From assembly GCA_009859145.1 (NCBI GenBank), contig VRVR01000005.1:358502-422501 (forward strand): a stretch of 64,000 bases of DNA, given 5' to 3'. The position numbers and the translations under genes were made by a program. Position 1 is the first letter of the stretch. Every line of letters begins with the position of its first letter. This DNA comes from Andalucia godoyi And28. Taxonomy: Eukaryota > Protista > Jakobida. Below the pieces are notes generated by a model. The model saw only the letters and a list, made by a program, of their open reading frames with translations, was not told the DNA's origin and searched no databases. Positions 53,401-63,531 of this stretch are shown here, piece by piece.

Positions 53401-55124
53401 TCTGTCCGTGACCTCACCAAGTCCGCCCGAAGCTGGTGCATGCGTGCCAACCGTTCCTCCGTTGACACATGGGCCGACCCCGGAGCTTGAATATTGTCCC
53501 GGGCCTCGACATACGCCTTCCGCAGTGCAGAGATTGCCTCCTTGTGGTAATCTGCCATCCTGGACTGCTGTCGAGCATGGAATTCTGCAAACAACTTTTC
53601 TATCTGAAGCCCGCACCGCTTTTGGAATCCAAACAACGGATGGTTGTGAAACTGGATCTCCTTGATGTCAACGAGCATCGTATATTCCTCTGCCACATTT
53701 CCAGACCCAAATCCCATCGTGGCGGACGAATCGATACCGGCCACCGAGACCGCAGAGACGGCGGATGCATTCACGGAAGCATTGCCAAGCGCACTGGAAG
53801 AGGAGCCAATGGGATGAACAACCGAGTGCGTTGGATATGCATCCAACGGCGACTGCGCATCTGGATCGAGGGAATCGTACCAAAATAGCGGTCGCTGAAT
53901 CCTCTCACCCATTGTGGGGTCCACGGCATCGTACAGACCGTCTTCCACACGGCTCTTGATGTCGCTGAGCATCGACTCCTTTGGAGGAGGACCGCGGACA
54001 AGCAGCGGTTCCGCAGACAACGCTCGTGGTGGTTCCACAACAGGACGCTCAATGATGATCTCGCTCGATCCAGGGGCCAACAGATCATCGGATCGGTCGT
54101 TTTCATTCTCTTCCTCGTCATCTACTTCTCCCCATTCCTCGTCCTTTCCGCTCTTCATTTTCCCCTTTCCCTTTTGATCTCGTGGGAGAGCCACCGACGG
54201 ATTAGCATCCCCGCTCTTCTTTTTCTTCTTTGTCAAGGAACCTTTCCGTTTTGGAGAACTATTCTCGGAAATCACGACGGGTTTCAGCGGCTGCGTCTCA
54301 TCCCAAAGATCTTCCGACTCGTCACCAGAATCCTCCTCAACAACGCTCTCCATCTGCAATCTTCGCGACTTGCGCTCGCCTCCCAACAGGGGCAATGACT
54401 GCCGACTACCGGATGCCAACCGGTCTCGTGAACCGCCAAGCATCCCTGCCCCATCCGCAACATCACTGTCATTGTCATTGTCATTGTTATTCGCATTCGT
54501 ATCCGCCGCGGTGGGAGTCTCCACTTCCTCTTCCGTCTTTCTCTTCTTCACCCTTCGCCGACGGCTCGACACCAACAGAGTCCCCGCGGAACCAGCAGCA
54601 GACCCAGCACTTGCTCCTCCACTGCCAAGCACCGAAGAGCTCGTGTTCAATGCACTGCCAGTGGAATCCGTCCGGATAGAAAGTGGGGAAGAATCACGCT
54701 CACGAGCACCTGAAATAGCGCCTTGGCCCCCCGCAACAGTCCGAGATCTGGACCTTGTTCTTGGCGATTCATTCAGAATTCCCGCTCCAGACCCGGAAAG
54801 TCTCGGGCTTGCATACGGAGACGGATTCCGAGACCCCGAGCCAGATCGCGGGGAGTTGGACACAGGCGAAGACGACATCTGGAAGTTGCGAGACTGCGGA
54901 TTAGAGCCTGCAGTCGGAGAAGTTGTCGAAGCCGATGAGGACGCAAGACTGGCGAGATCAAGGCGCTGGGCAAGTGACGTGCTGGACACGGATCCATGAT
55001 GAGTGGGTGACGAAGAATGCGAAAGGAGCACCTCGCGACGCAAATTGCTGTTCGACGGCTCTCGAACAGACATGGATCGGTTCCGAGCAGACGACGTCGG
55101 AAGCGGTGGAGGCTGGTCGCTCAT
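50445..55124 (-). CDS. CC2D2A: Ciliary transition-zone protein CC2D2A/MKS6
   Basis: IQFHNHPLF coiled-coil region, C2 domain (HPFVEVTFQG...PLFNETVQLPF), transglutaminase-like core DVWLTSQQFL...GDWEEHAVLLCNYF and C-terminal AVWVYLA-like block. Confidence 0.92.
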   Translation of the reverse strand: MSDQPPPLPTSSARNRSMSVREPSNSNLRREVLLSHSSSPTHHGSVSSTSLAQRLDLASLASSSASTTSPTAGSNPQSRNFQMSSSPVSNSPRSGSGSRNPSPYASPRLSGSGAGILNESPRTRSRSRTVAGGQGAISGARERDSSPLSIRTDSTGSALNTSSSVLGSGGASAGSAAGSAGTLLVSSRRRRVKKRKTEEEVETPTAADTNANNNDNDNDSDVADGAGMLGGSRDRLASGSRQSLPLLGGERKSRRLQMESVVEEDSGDESEDLWDETQPLKPVVISENSSPKRKGSLTKKKKKSGDANPSVALPRDQKGKGKMKSGKDEEWGEVDDEEENENDRSDDLLAPGSSEIIIERPVVEPPRALSAEPLLVRGPPPKESMLSDIKSRVEDGLYDAVDPTMGERIQRPLFWYDSLDPDAQSPLDAYPTHSVVHPIGSSSSALGNASVNASAVSAVSVAGIDSSATMGFGSGNVAEEYTMLVDIKEIQFHNHPLFGFQKRCGLQIEKLFAEFHARQQSRMADYHKEAISALRKAYVEARDNIQAPGSAHVSTEERLARMHQLRADLVRSRTERDIEIGKDSSLVRKILMLWKELKGAQKVDGFIGSTVRCKFKRIPVSDDEIQSEKLDLEHQVEEAIDEAFFRKAAAASQGSGDDDAVSKPDRKTLRQQFASEKFRLRVRNPTDDHIFPIMYSVPVSPIEECTAEERNRRNELSRSKFFVSLIVNNRAAGRSRELRINDRGFLEVAEIFTVKVQSFPQSIAVKVDGTNFDSPPVFIGVPFDGTISFSQGTVKVKSFWEDETRAPSARGNELMPLARDLVDVDPNDPRYAWALKAGKLKVSHAGRSSEPAEPEFSVAPPMSLLPPGAEDPFEILATKQQKADNDREREIVDSEFVRNVRGNAIAQKSEASSFARVQELIQELQFPTWRSVTSFFSRVFATRRRLRPSRRRREVATIRPSCCTLLVQIGRGAAFPKRRFQVDSGFEGVNMGAASAVAQASHATPARARQRAGTRFMRNVPSDVDNRVKATVDEPETEEPEEPEDISLLHPFVEVTFQGKRARTSSSQGSRPLFNETVQLPFNPPNDDYSPDVLRLVREEIFINVYDEVTSELVMDERDTNLFYERRERRYLGNLKIPFSTVYANRKVEGTFRLDVPPVNLGYEAEADLEEDPKLSIYVTLEPTLELFEDEDEEPPTVEDARLYGYAMRWTNSLTEKFRGRREICCFANDLKGRSVLVCRYVRPQEPPKDVRDSLIKIVRFVSCIPFLEDAMSFENRADVWLTSQQFLKLRAGDWEEHAVLLCNYFLFMKKKAYVVVGRGIPEGDTCYVLTVEQNVNGDPELTFWNAATGQSFASDDPFIPLRSVGTVFDAENVYANVQSADFPGSMEYDFENAKHWAPLFTDHFPRPEVVESVQQAIMKYEPTPAMFREELETDLSSTLMRCLEKWRSGRGSTKWHRHACKKLSTLLEAFEKDRQGIPFSIQEHYSALSSLFAGYYMQGFPICIPWTDKDSVIEAVFNTDVHSSGSKDVEFAIGVYAATFPNKVAAIWVYLATLTPRR

Positions 55125-55582
55125 ATATACCTACTTGCGTAAACTGAGAACCAGAAGCTTTTAAAACGATGGATAGAGAAACACGATATACTTGTATAAA
55201 TTAAATCCCGCAACCCCACCAAAAAAAATAATAATACTAATAAATGATGGTAATATCAGTCAGGTGTGATTGGAGAAAGAACCACGTATCGTAATATATA
55301 CAAATCCAGACAAAAAACAAAAGGCTCCAAAACAAAACTACAGAACAATAAAAACAAAAGCAAAACAAAACAAAGTCAATTAGGGGAAAAGCACTCCGTT
55401 ACGGTATGGCTGACCGTTCTCGGCGGGTTGATGCAGTGCCTTGATGCTTCGAGTCAAAGAGAGAAAGAAAACCAATAGATGGAAAGACAAAGCTGATGGT
55501 GAAATTGACGCGAAAAGCGGTAATCGTTGTTGGTAGATAAAGTTTTGGATTATTAAATGATGTGAGAGTTTTTTTTGGGACA

Positions 55583-56941
55583 ATGGATTATGAACTGCTG
55601 GAAAAGTCGACGATTGGGTATCGAAGTGACGACAGTTATGATCTTGCGAATATCGTGAGTTTTTCGGCGCAAAAGCAAGGACTGGTCGAAGTTCCGGACT
55701 TGCTGTCGCACGCCACGCAGATGGAGTCTCTTGATCTTGCGCATAATGAAATTGCCCGTGTTTCCCGACATTCGCTGTGCGCTCTTGGAAATCTGAAGAC
55801 GCTTAACTTAATGTGCAATGCAATTGAAACCATAGATGACGATGCCTTTGAGAATCAGCGGTTGGTGCATACACTTGGCCTCCGATCCAATCGGCTAACA
55901 CAAGTTCCCATGTCTCTTGGACGAATGGATTCGCTGGTCACGCTGTTTTTGACTGATAATTTCATTACTAGTCTTCCAAAATCCATCGGAAATTTGAAGA
56001 AACTGAGGAAACTCCAATGCTCGTTTAATGCTCTGACGTCACTCCCGGACGAGCTTGCTCAGTGTGGCGAGCTTGAATTCGTCCGATTCTCTGCAAGTAA
56101 GCTTACTGCAGAAGGAATTCCATCTGGATTGTTCTCGCGGATGTTGAAATTGAAGTGGCTTGGACTTGCTGACAACCCTGTGTGCCCAACTCCGACGTCG
56201 TTGGATCTCGTGTTGTTGCCTCGTCTGCCACTCGCATCGTTTTCGTTTTCCGACACACCGACTCTGGGTGCCGGTGCCTCAGGAGAAGTGAAGCAGGTTG
56301 AGTGGAATGGAATGGAAATTGCAGCAAAGAGGTACCCGCCGGGGTGGAAATCTCCTGATGGCCGTATGGAAGATGAGTTGTATGCACAAACTGCATATCC
56401 CCCACACGAGAATCTTACCGAACCGGTAGCATTGCTGTTGGAAGATGCGGCTGTTCGTGGCTTGCTGATGAAGAGAGTTGCGGGTTCGTCGCTCGCCGGG
56501 CGACCCAACGCTTTGAGCCTTCTACGCTGTGTGTATGCCCCCGGCACTGCGTTCTCCGTAGCCGCAGTTGTGAAGATTGCGAAGGGATGCCTGGCTGCGC
56601 TGTCCCATCTCCACGAGCATGGCATCTGCCATGGTGATTTTTATGCACACAATTTGATTGTCGACGATGTGAAGAATCCATCGAGTGTTGTAGTCTGCGA
56701 CTTTGGTGGCGCGTTTTCGTTCAGCAGTGTGACCGACTTGTCGTTGCGATCATCCATTGTCGTTACCGACATTCGTGCGTTTGGTCTCTTGTTTGGAGAG
56801 CTCACTGCGCGATGCGATTCCTTGTCTGCAGCCCATCCCCTGGTTTGCCTGCAGCAACGTATCGTCAATGCCTCTTTGAGTGACTCGTTCACGTGCAGCA
56901 GTCTCCTTACTTTGCTTGCGGACATTGAGCAAACTCTGTAA
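55583..56941 (+). CDS. Leucine-rich-repeat plus compact protein-kinase-like protein (bacterial-type LRR kinase family)
   Basis: About 7 LxxLxLxxN repeats, G-loop LGAGASGEV, AAK, SPDG...DE, catalytic loop HGDFYAHN and DFG; short C-lobe. Confidence 0.85.
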   Translation: MDYELLEKSTIGYRSDDSYDLANIVSFSAQKQGLVEVPDLLSHATQMESLDLAHNEIARVSRHSLCALGNLKTLNLMCNAIETIDDDAFENQRLVHTLGLRSNRLTQVPMSLGRMDSLVTLFLTDNFITSLPKSIGNLKKLRKLQCSFNALTSLPDELAQCGELEFVRFSASKLTAEGIPSGLFSRMLKLKWLGLADNPVCPTPTSLDLVLLPRLPLASFSFSDTPTLGAGASGEVKQVEWNGMEIAAKRYPPGWKSPDGRMEDELYAQTAYPPHENLTEPVALLLEDAAVRGLLMKRVAGSSLAGRPNALSLLRCVYAPGTAFSVAAVVKIAKGCLAALSHLHEHGICHGDFYAHNLIVDDVKNPSSVVVCDFGGAFSFSSVTDLSLRSSIVVTDIRAFGLLFGELTARCDSLSAAHPLVCLQQRIVNASLSDSFTCSSLLTLLADIEQTL

Positions 56942-57010
56942 AGCGCTTCGCATTGCGATTATGGATTGCGATAGGAACATTTTTCGTTGTAAAATTGGAA
57001 ATGGCATTGT

Positions 57011-57015
<5 letters not shown>

Positions 57016-57058
<43 letters not shown>
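57016..57058. repeat. (TG)n microsatellite abutting the EB1 stop codon
   Basis: About 21 TG units between the convergent LRR-kinase and EB1 3' ends. Confidence 0.95.
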
Positions 57059-57060
<2 letters not shown>

Positions 57061-58114
57061 ACTCGTCAATGGCAGCAAAGTCTTCTTCTGTTGCGTACAG
57101 CACCTTGCGGACGTCATCCAACAATGCGTCTTCTCCCTGTTTGCTTCCTTCACGAGTTTGGCAAAGAATTTCAATGTCGCGGAGCTTACCAAAGTAAAAA
57201 TCTCGTTCCTTCTCGAGCCCTTGGACAGTAACCCTCAGTTCACTATTTTCTTCCTTGAGTGCCGCCAATTCGGACGCAGAAACCCCAGAGGAGACAGTCT
57301 TCTTTGCTGAAGCCGATGATTGAGAAACCGGTCTTTTCGCCGCGGCAGGAGTTGTGGTCGTCTTCGTCTTGTTGCTGTTTTGATCATCAACGACTAGGGA
57401 TTTGGAACGGGAGGAATTCAAAATATAGATATATATAAATACATAAGCGCATTGACGAGAAGAAAACGTGCACGGAAGAAGAGGGGGGAGGATAGGGAAG
57501 ACAAACAAGGAAATCGTCGTGGAAAAACATACCAGTTCTGAGAACAAAAGGATCCGAAGGCTTTTCAGAAACACTCGAAACAGAAACATCACTGGGCACT
57601 GCATTCTCGGAAGCAGCTTGCGGGAAATGCGAACAGTAATAGGAGTGCAACCATTGCAGAAATTCGAGATTGTCCTGATATTTCCCTTTGACAAGCTTCT
57701 CAATGGGAATCACCTTGGAAATCCCAATCTTTGAAAATGCGTTTTGCAATATCTTATAGTTCTTCAAATACTCGTACTCTAGCTTTGCCGACGTGTTGAG
57801 CTTCGATACTTGCACGGTTCCGGGGTACATGCACTCGATGATTTGGCAGTACGCGGCCCCAGAAGCACACTCTTCAATTTTGCTCTGTATTAAAGTTGAA
57901 AGGTTAAGTCACTATCCTTATGATCCCTCGTCATTGTCGATCGTCGTTCGCTGCAACAGAACAACAAATAGGAAAAACTCTGCTGATGGAAGGTACATAC
58001 GAGAGAAATGTTGAGTTGGTTAACCCACTGAACAAGCTCCGTTCGGCTAACAAAGTACGCTCCATTCATAATTCCGACTGCTTCACCACGTGCTCCATGG
58101 ATTTTTGTGCTCAT
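57059..58114 (-). CDS. EB1: Microtubule end-binding protein EB1; exons 58114-58001, 57884-57533, 57393-57059
   Basis: CH domain (AYFVSRTELVQWVN, SGAAYCQ, YEYLKNYKILQ, KGKYQDNLEFLQW) and EBH domain (LEKERDFYFGKLRDIE...VLYATE). Two GTATGT...AG introns (116 and 139 nt) join in frame (266 aa). Confidence 0.95.
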
Positions 58115-59673
58115 TTTGTCCTGAATTAAGATAATCGTGAATATTCAAATGATGGTTTCGTACAAGTATAAAGAGAAATCGAAAAAGGGAATCAAGAAAA
58201 CTCCGAGAAGCGCAGGATGCATTTTCACTTTTGGTGGAAAAGAAACGGGACGGGGAACCGTTGCAACTTTATTGCGATACTACCCCGCAGCCTAAGTTCC
58301 CATGTTGCTCCAAGTAAATCGCTCTGCCGGATCTTTTGTTTTCCATATCCACTTTTGAGGCGCCTTTGCCGGTACTCAAGTAGGGGATGCGTTCTCAAGT
58401 TTCCTCTAGTAAAGGTGCACAAATTGATCAATTAGAGAGCTCTGACGAAAACCCCGACTATTCCCATTTTGGTGCGCAGACCCACTACTATCCAGCTCAA
58501 ATAGCGCATTTGATGGGTGCTGATGCGGATTCTAAAAGTCTTTCTATTTCAAAGACTCCGGATGAGGCTGTAGCTGCGCGACGGGAAAATTCGGGGAGGT
58601 TTGCGTTGGAGGGGTAGTATGATGAAGCAGTCTAAAGCACACATGTACAAAACGACTGCCACGCGCCATGCGCATGCGTTTGCTATCTTAGCACCTCCGT
58701 CACACGATGCCCGATTCGTTTCGTCCCATTTTGATCATGAAATCCCTATAAACACGGCGTCGCGTTGCATTCTCGCACAGCGACGCTCATTTCTTATTTT
58801 TATTTTTATTTTTATTGTCCGTGCAACGCACCATGTACGTCGCGCCCGCAACGCTGCGCAAGACCCATGACAATCTCCACCGCCGCCGGAACGATCCGCA
58901 GCGAGAGCAGTTCTGCGAAGGTGTTGTGCATGACAGTTGATGGTAAGTGATGTGTCATGTAACGGTCTGTTTTTTCATTGCTTCATTTCTGTTTTCACTT
59001 TGTTATTTCTTTTACTCGTACAATCTGTTGTTACCCTTTTACTATATTACTTTGCTTAGTCGCCGCAGAGCGCGGTTGAAGCCAAAACACTTTGATATCT
59101 CTTCCATGACACTCAGAAGATGACGGGGCTTCCTCTGGAAAGATCGAGTAAATCGTGGACGCCTGAAATCCATCGAGCCCCATCCGAAAGGACCTCGCAA
59201 GCCGCTCCGTCACAACTGCCACGGAAAAAGAATGGAAAGAGAAGACGATCTGTTGCGCGAGAGTCTCCAGCGATTATCAACGGCATGATCTCGAAACGAC
59301 ATGTCCAAGACCCTTCAAAACGACAATATCGCGTTCGGGGATCAGCTTCAACTGTCCCGATCTTGAAGACGATGCCGTAGCGGAAACGTCGAAGAAGCTG
59401 CGGTTGTCCACAAAAAAGACCGTGTCGCTCGGATTCGGATTCGATCTCCTCAGCTTGGGTTTCCCAAAACGTTTGCTGTTTCGACTCGTGGTTCTCTACG
59501 ATCATACACATGGACACGACGAACAATCTTTGATACTGGTGGTCGCATCTTCTTAACCAGATACGCTTCCGAATCAAAGATGGTCATTGAATAAACAGAA
59601 AAAAGAATCCCAAAGCCACGTTCAAGATGAAGTTTCGTCGTCGAAAAGGCTCCCTCAAAAACAATTATGATCC

Positions 59674-60048
59674 TTGCCAAACATTGGCGCGGCGGCTTTG
59701 CTTCATCATAAAAGTTCGAAGCTGAAGGAATCCATCAAGACAGCAGAGCTGGTTCCCAGTGTGGACAACATCCGCCACGACACGCGTATCCAGCGGACAC
59801 GTCTTGATGACTACTATTTTCCTGTTCTGCAGGCACTTGAGAAACTGGGCGAAAGCCAAAACCAAAACCAAAACCAAAACCAAAACCAAGTCCCGAATTC
59901 CCAAGACACATCACCAGCGGCACCGCGCATCACCGCCAATGACCCGGGCGTCCGAACTTTCGTGACGGGATATGACCCAGAGGGGAAGGATTTTAGAAGC
60001 CAAAGCGACGCGAGGGGGGAAGGGGGGGTTCAACGTCCGTGTAAGTAA
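59674..60048 (+). CDS. Possible terminal exon of an unresolved gene (QN-repeat-containing ORF)
   Basis: 124-codon open frame with protein-like segments (DDYYFPVLQALEK, FVTGYDPEGKDFR) but no ATG start; a GTAAGT donor-like site lies at its end. Confidence 0.3.
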   Translation: MPNIGAAALLHHKSSKLKESIKTAELVPSVDNIRHDTRIQRTRLDDYYFPVLQALEKLGESQNQNQNQNQNQVPNSQDTSPAAPRITANDPGVRTFVTGYDPEGKDFRSQSDARGEGGVQRPCK

Positions 60049-60200
60049 TCCTTTGTGTATTCGCCAAAAATAGGTTTATTGTACAAAGAATGAGTTCAAA
60101 AAATCATAATCATCACAATCATAATAACAAAAAATAGGAAAAAGGTCCTTCGACAATCCTGAGCGCAGGATGGAAGATGAGTGTTACCCGTGCGGGAATG

Positions 60201-62285
60201 CTAATGTTTGTGTCCAAGTTGTTGTTGCTGCATCTTGCGTAAAACCTGCAGCCGAAAATCGATCTGCTGGAGTGCCGGCAAACACTTCTCCTTAATCGAG
60301 ATGACATTTTGGAGCGGGACGCCAAGAGCAGTGCATTCAGGGAAGTCAAGATTGATTCGCACCAATGTTGCCTGAACATCTTCTTTGCGAATCGCCAGAT
60401 TGCAAACCTTGCGCATCAGCTGCTCATTCTGCTGCCGAACGGTAGGCACGCGTTTGCCGCAGCCCAGCTCGATGATGACCACCTTGCATTCTCGTTTCTC
60501 CTTGAGAATTTCCATGATCCGTTTTCGCCAGGCTCTGTACTTCTTGTCCGGAACATCAATCCAATGTTCATCGTCAAACATCAGGATGTTTGGCCGACCG
60601 AGAGAATTGCACTTGGCACACCGGATATGATTCGAAAATTTCTTGTCAACTGCACAAGACTTATCAGACGGCTCGCTTGCGATTTCCATGGGATTCGCGC
60701 AATGGAACTTGAATCCAACACACTCCACTGCAAATCCACCGCGTTCCACCTTTACGAACCGGACAATCAGCACAGGGGCCTTTGGATCTTCGGAAAACGA
60801 CAACGTCTGATCAATCTTGGAAAAGGGGGTGGATTCCGATATCACAAGCTTCCCTTCTAGTTTTAGCAACACCGCCGGCTGTCCAGGACGCTTCACCCGC
60901 AAAAATGCCTTGACCATACAGTGATTCGACACAATCAGGTGTTCTCGGGGCAACGTCGGCACCACTTCGTAGAATGCCTGCAATCGATTCGCGGAAGGAG
61001 CGACAGTATACGACAACTGGTCATCTGCGGACTGAATCCCGACGTGAAATTGCCGTGATGCGCTGCGCAGGGGAGAGAATGCAATGTCAAAGTCTATGGA
61101 ACCAAGATTCGGAACCAAAGGGCATCGCTGCTCCTTGTTAACAAACGAAGTCTCAAAAGGGCTGACGAACGACAATCGAAATGATCTCAGCTGAGTGGAT
61201 ATCACAGGCTCACCATCTTGCGGCAGAACCAACGTCCACAAGTCATCTTTCCTTGGCGCATGGGTCACGGATTGAAGATGCACCTGTCCGCCGAGGCCTG
61301 CACGCCCTGAAGACGCCGGAGAACAGTTCGTTAGATTGGTCCTATCTGAAATGGATAGGCTTCGAAACTGGTCCATGTCGATTCCAGCATTCGCAGATGG
61401 CCCTGTCTTCTGCAGCGGTTTCTGAGAAACAAGCTGTGGCGCCCGCATGGTGCTCAGATCCACATGGATGCGTTGTTCCTGCGAAAGCATCCACACGTCT
61501 TCAGAACACGGTCTCGAACACTGCCAGGTTTCAATATTGCCATGAATTTCAAACACCTGATTCGGATTGAATCCCGCACGCACAAAAGCCTGGTCAACAT
61601 TCGAAGTATACACAAAGGATCGAACAACGGGCGTTTCCGTCTTGGCAAGAGACAAAGAAGGCAGAGAGGACGGTATTGAGCCGAACGACGTCATCGGCTT
61701 CGATTTTGCAACAGATGCTCTGTTTTGCGCTTGCGGACGTGGAAGAGTGTCACTCCTAGCATCCGAGAACAGGTCGTTGGTCCACTTCTTCAAAATTGTG
61801 TAACCATCATGCGGAGTCGTGGACCTGTAGTCACTCAAGCACTTCCCCCAAAAGCCAAAGAACACCTCTGGGTCCTTTCGAAGCCAAATGGGATCGCAGA
61901 GGTCATGGTACTCCACTCCCATAGTACGATACGCTTCCACATCGGCAATGTCCTTGTACACAGGAAGCCCCGAGTCTGCACTGAGTCCTGCTCCAGCAGA
62001 AATCAAGCAAAAATCTGCATTCAAAAGCGCGCGAGCTGCTTTCGAGTACTCATCCTCGGCAATGCCCAAACTGGATCTCGCTCGAGAATTGGCCATTTGA
62101 GAAGACGACGGCTTCGAAATGCTTCGATCAAGAGACGACGCCGATCTGCCGGGATCCATATGAATCCTCGACGGTTTCCGAGCTCCAGGAACCGCCGACC
62201 ATCTATTGTTCAGCGACGGAGTGGAGGACTGCTTGTGCACAGCAGAACAGTCGGTTCTTGCAGATAGCGAAGACTGCATGTTCAT
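60201..62285 (-). CDS. Sir2-family NAD-dependent deacylase with a large insertion in the Zn-binding subdomain
   Basis: AGAGLSADSGLP, YTSNVD, EIHGN, CSRPC and CAKC Zn ligands, RPNILMFDD, IELGCG and LVRIN. Confidence 0.88.
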   Translation of the reverse strand: MNMQSSLSARTDCSAVHKQSSTPSLNNRWSAVPGARKPSRIHMDPGRSASSLDRSISKPSSSQMANSRARSSLGIAEDEYSKAARALLNADFCLISAGAGLSADSGLPVYKDIADVEAYRTMGVEYHDLCDPIWLRKDPEVFFGFWGKCLSDYRSTTPHDGYTILKKWTNDLFSDARSDTLPRPQAQNRASVAKSKPMTSFGSIPSSLPSLSLAKTETPVVRSFVYTSNVDQAFVRAGFNPNQVFEIHGNIETWQCSRPCSEDVWMLSQEQRIHVDLSTMRAPQLVSQKPLQKTGPSANAGIDMDQFRSLSISDRTNLTNCSPASSGRAGLGGQVHLQSVTHAPRKDDLWTLVLPQDGEPVISTQLRSFRLSFVSPFETSFVNKEQRCPLVPNLGSIDFDIAFSPLRSASRQFHVGIQSADDQLSYTVAPSANRLQAFYEVVPTLPREHLIVSNHCMVKAFLRVKRPGQPAVLLKLEGKLVISESTPFSKIDQTLSFSEDPKAPVLIVRFVKVERGGFAVECVGFKFHCANPMEIASEPSDKSCAVDKKFSNHIRCAKCNSLGRPNILMFDDEHWIDVPDKKYRAWRKRIMEILKEKRECKVVIIELGCGKRVPTVRQQNEQLMRKVCNLAIRKEDVQATLVRINLDFPECTALGVPLQNVISIKEKCLPALQQIDFRLQVLRKMQQQQLGHKH

Positions 62286-62409
62286 AAACGGTTACGATAA
62301 GGACGATGCAAAAGGGAGTGGAAATCAATCAACCAAAAGCACCAATCAAAGCACAACCTCACACACAAAACAAATCATCTACTTATGCTAATCCGACAAG
62401 ATTCAACAA

Positions 62410-62450
<41 letters not shown>

Positions 62451-62743
62451 TTATACATATACAATGCACCGTATTACATGCGTGTCCTTATGAAACTTCG
62501 GGTCCGTTGCAAGGAGGACAAATCGTAAAAGCAAGGATAACTGGGAGGCTCACTCCAGATCCGGAATTCTGTTACAGCGGGTGAATGACCGTTGGCAACT
62601 TCTGATTTTTTTCTTTCTTCTTTCTTTCTCATCGTCTTGACAATTGAAAGTCCTCCGGGTTGTTGCCGTTTTTCGGAACAGTCATAGTTTTTTGAATTCA
62701 TGTTTCCCTTCTCAGCGGATCAAAGGTAAGCAGTTCGTCGGGG

Positions 62744-63325
62744 GTGGTTGCGGGGGAGACCGATTCTCGGCATCTGAAAAATGTATCCAATGACCATCGA
62801 TCGAACCGTCAAATCCTGATGTCTGCTGCATCTGTCCAGCTCGTTCCATGCCGGATGCGTTTCCGAAACAGTTCGTCGACGATTCCTTCCAAAGAGCTCT
62901 CTGTGACAGCTGATTCCTTGGAAGCGTTTTGGGGTGTGCTCGGTTCTTTGGTTCTGCAAACGTCTGTGCAGAACGAGCCACTTCCTTTTTCTCGGTTTCG
63001 ATGTCGAAATCCGGCCGATTTTTCCCTTTCGGGGGTATCTGGGAAGCAGTTTCTTCATTGGAATTTCCTTGCGGGCACCCCCGAGTACGAGCAGATGAAA
63101 GAGACGGCTTGGGGAAACAGGGCTCCAATGTGCTGGCTGCCTTATAGCAGCGACAGCGCTTTCTTCTCAGGCCGTCCGATATTGCTCATACGGATCGCCA
63201 CCTTCGCTACTAATTTTGGCGGATTTGGAGAGTTGGATCGTGAGATCGCGTCCACATGCGAATCCATCCGACTTCTGCCTCGACGTCCGTCAATGCAGAA
63301 AAAGCAACCTGTCTTGCAGCGTTGA
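62744..63325 (+). CDS. Uncharacterised ORF or long leader (low confidence)
   Basis: 193-codon open frame with no recognisable family; splice-like signals nearby do not join cleanly to the next gene. Confidence 0.2.
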   Translation: MVAGETDSRHLKNVSNDHRSNRQILMSAASVQLVPCRMRFRNSSSTIPSKELSVTADSLEAFWGVLGSLVLQTSVQNEPLPFSRFRCRNPADFSLSGVSGKQFLHWNFLAGTPEYEQMKETAWGNRAPMCWLPYSSDSAFFSGRPILLIRIATFATNFGGFGELDREIASTCESIRLLPRRPSMQKKQPVLQR

Positions 63326-63531
63326 CATTGCACGACCCAGAGGTTGGAGAAAAATGAGGTAATTATTTATATGTTTCTTTCCCTCTTCATCTTCTTTCCC
63401 TCTTCATCTTCTTTCCCTCTTCATCTTCTTTCCCTCTTCATCTTTCTTCCTTTCCTTCCTCCCTTCTCCTCTCCACAAATCACCACAGCACTCCCCACTT
63501 TTATCTCCTCCCAGCTCGTAAACGTCGCATC

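Noticed and set aside
58833-59400. Selenoprotein or TGA read-through interpretation of the frame MYVAP...HDS-TGA-C
   Set aside because: The spliced frame has several further TGA codons, no redox motif or recognisable fold, and no SECIS was identified. Well-supported genes here use TGA as an ordinary stop.
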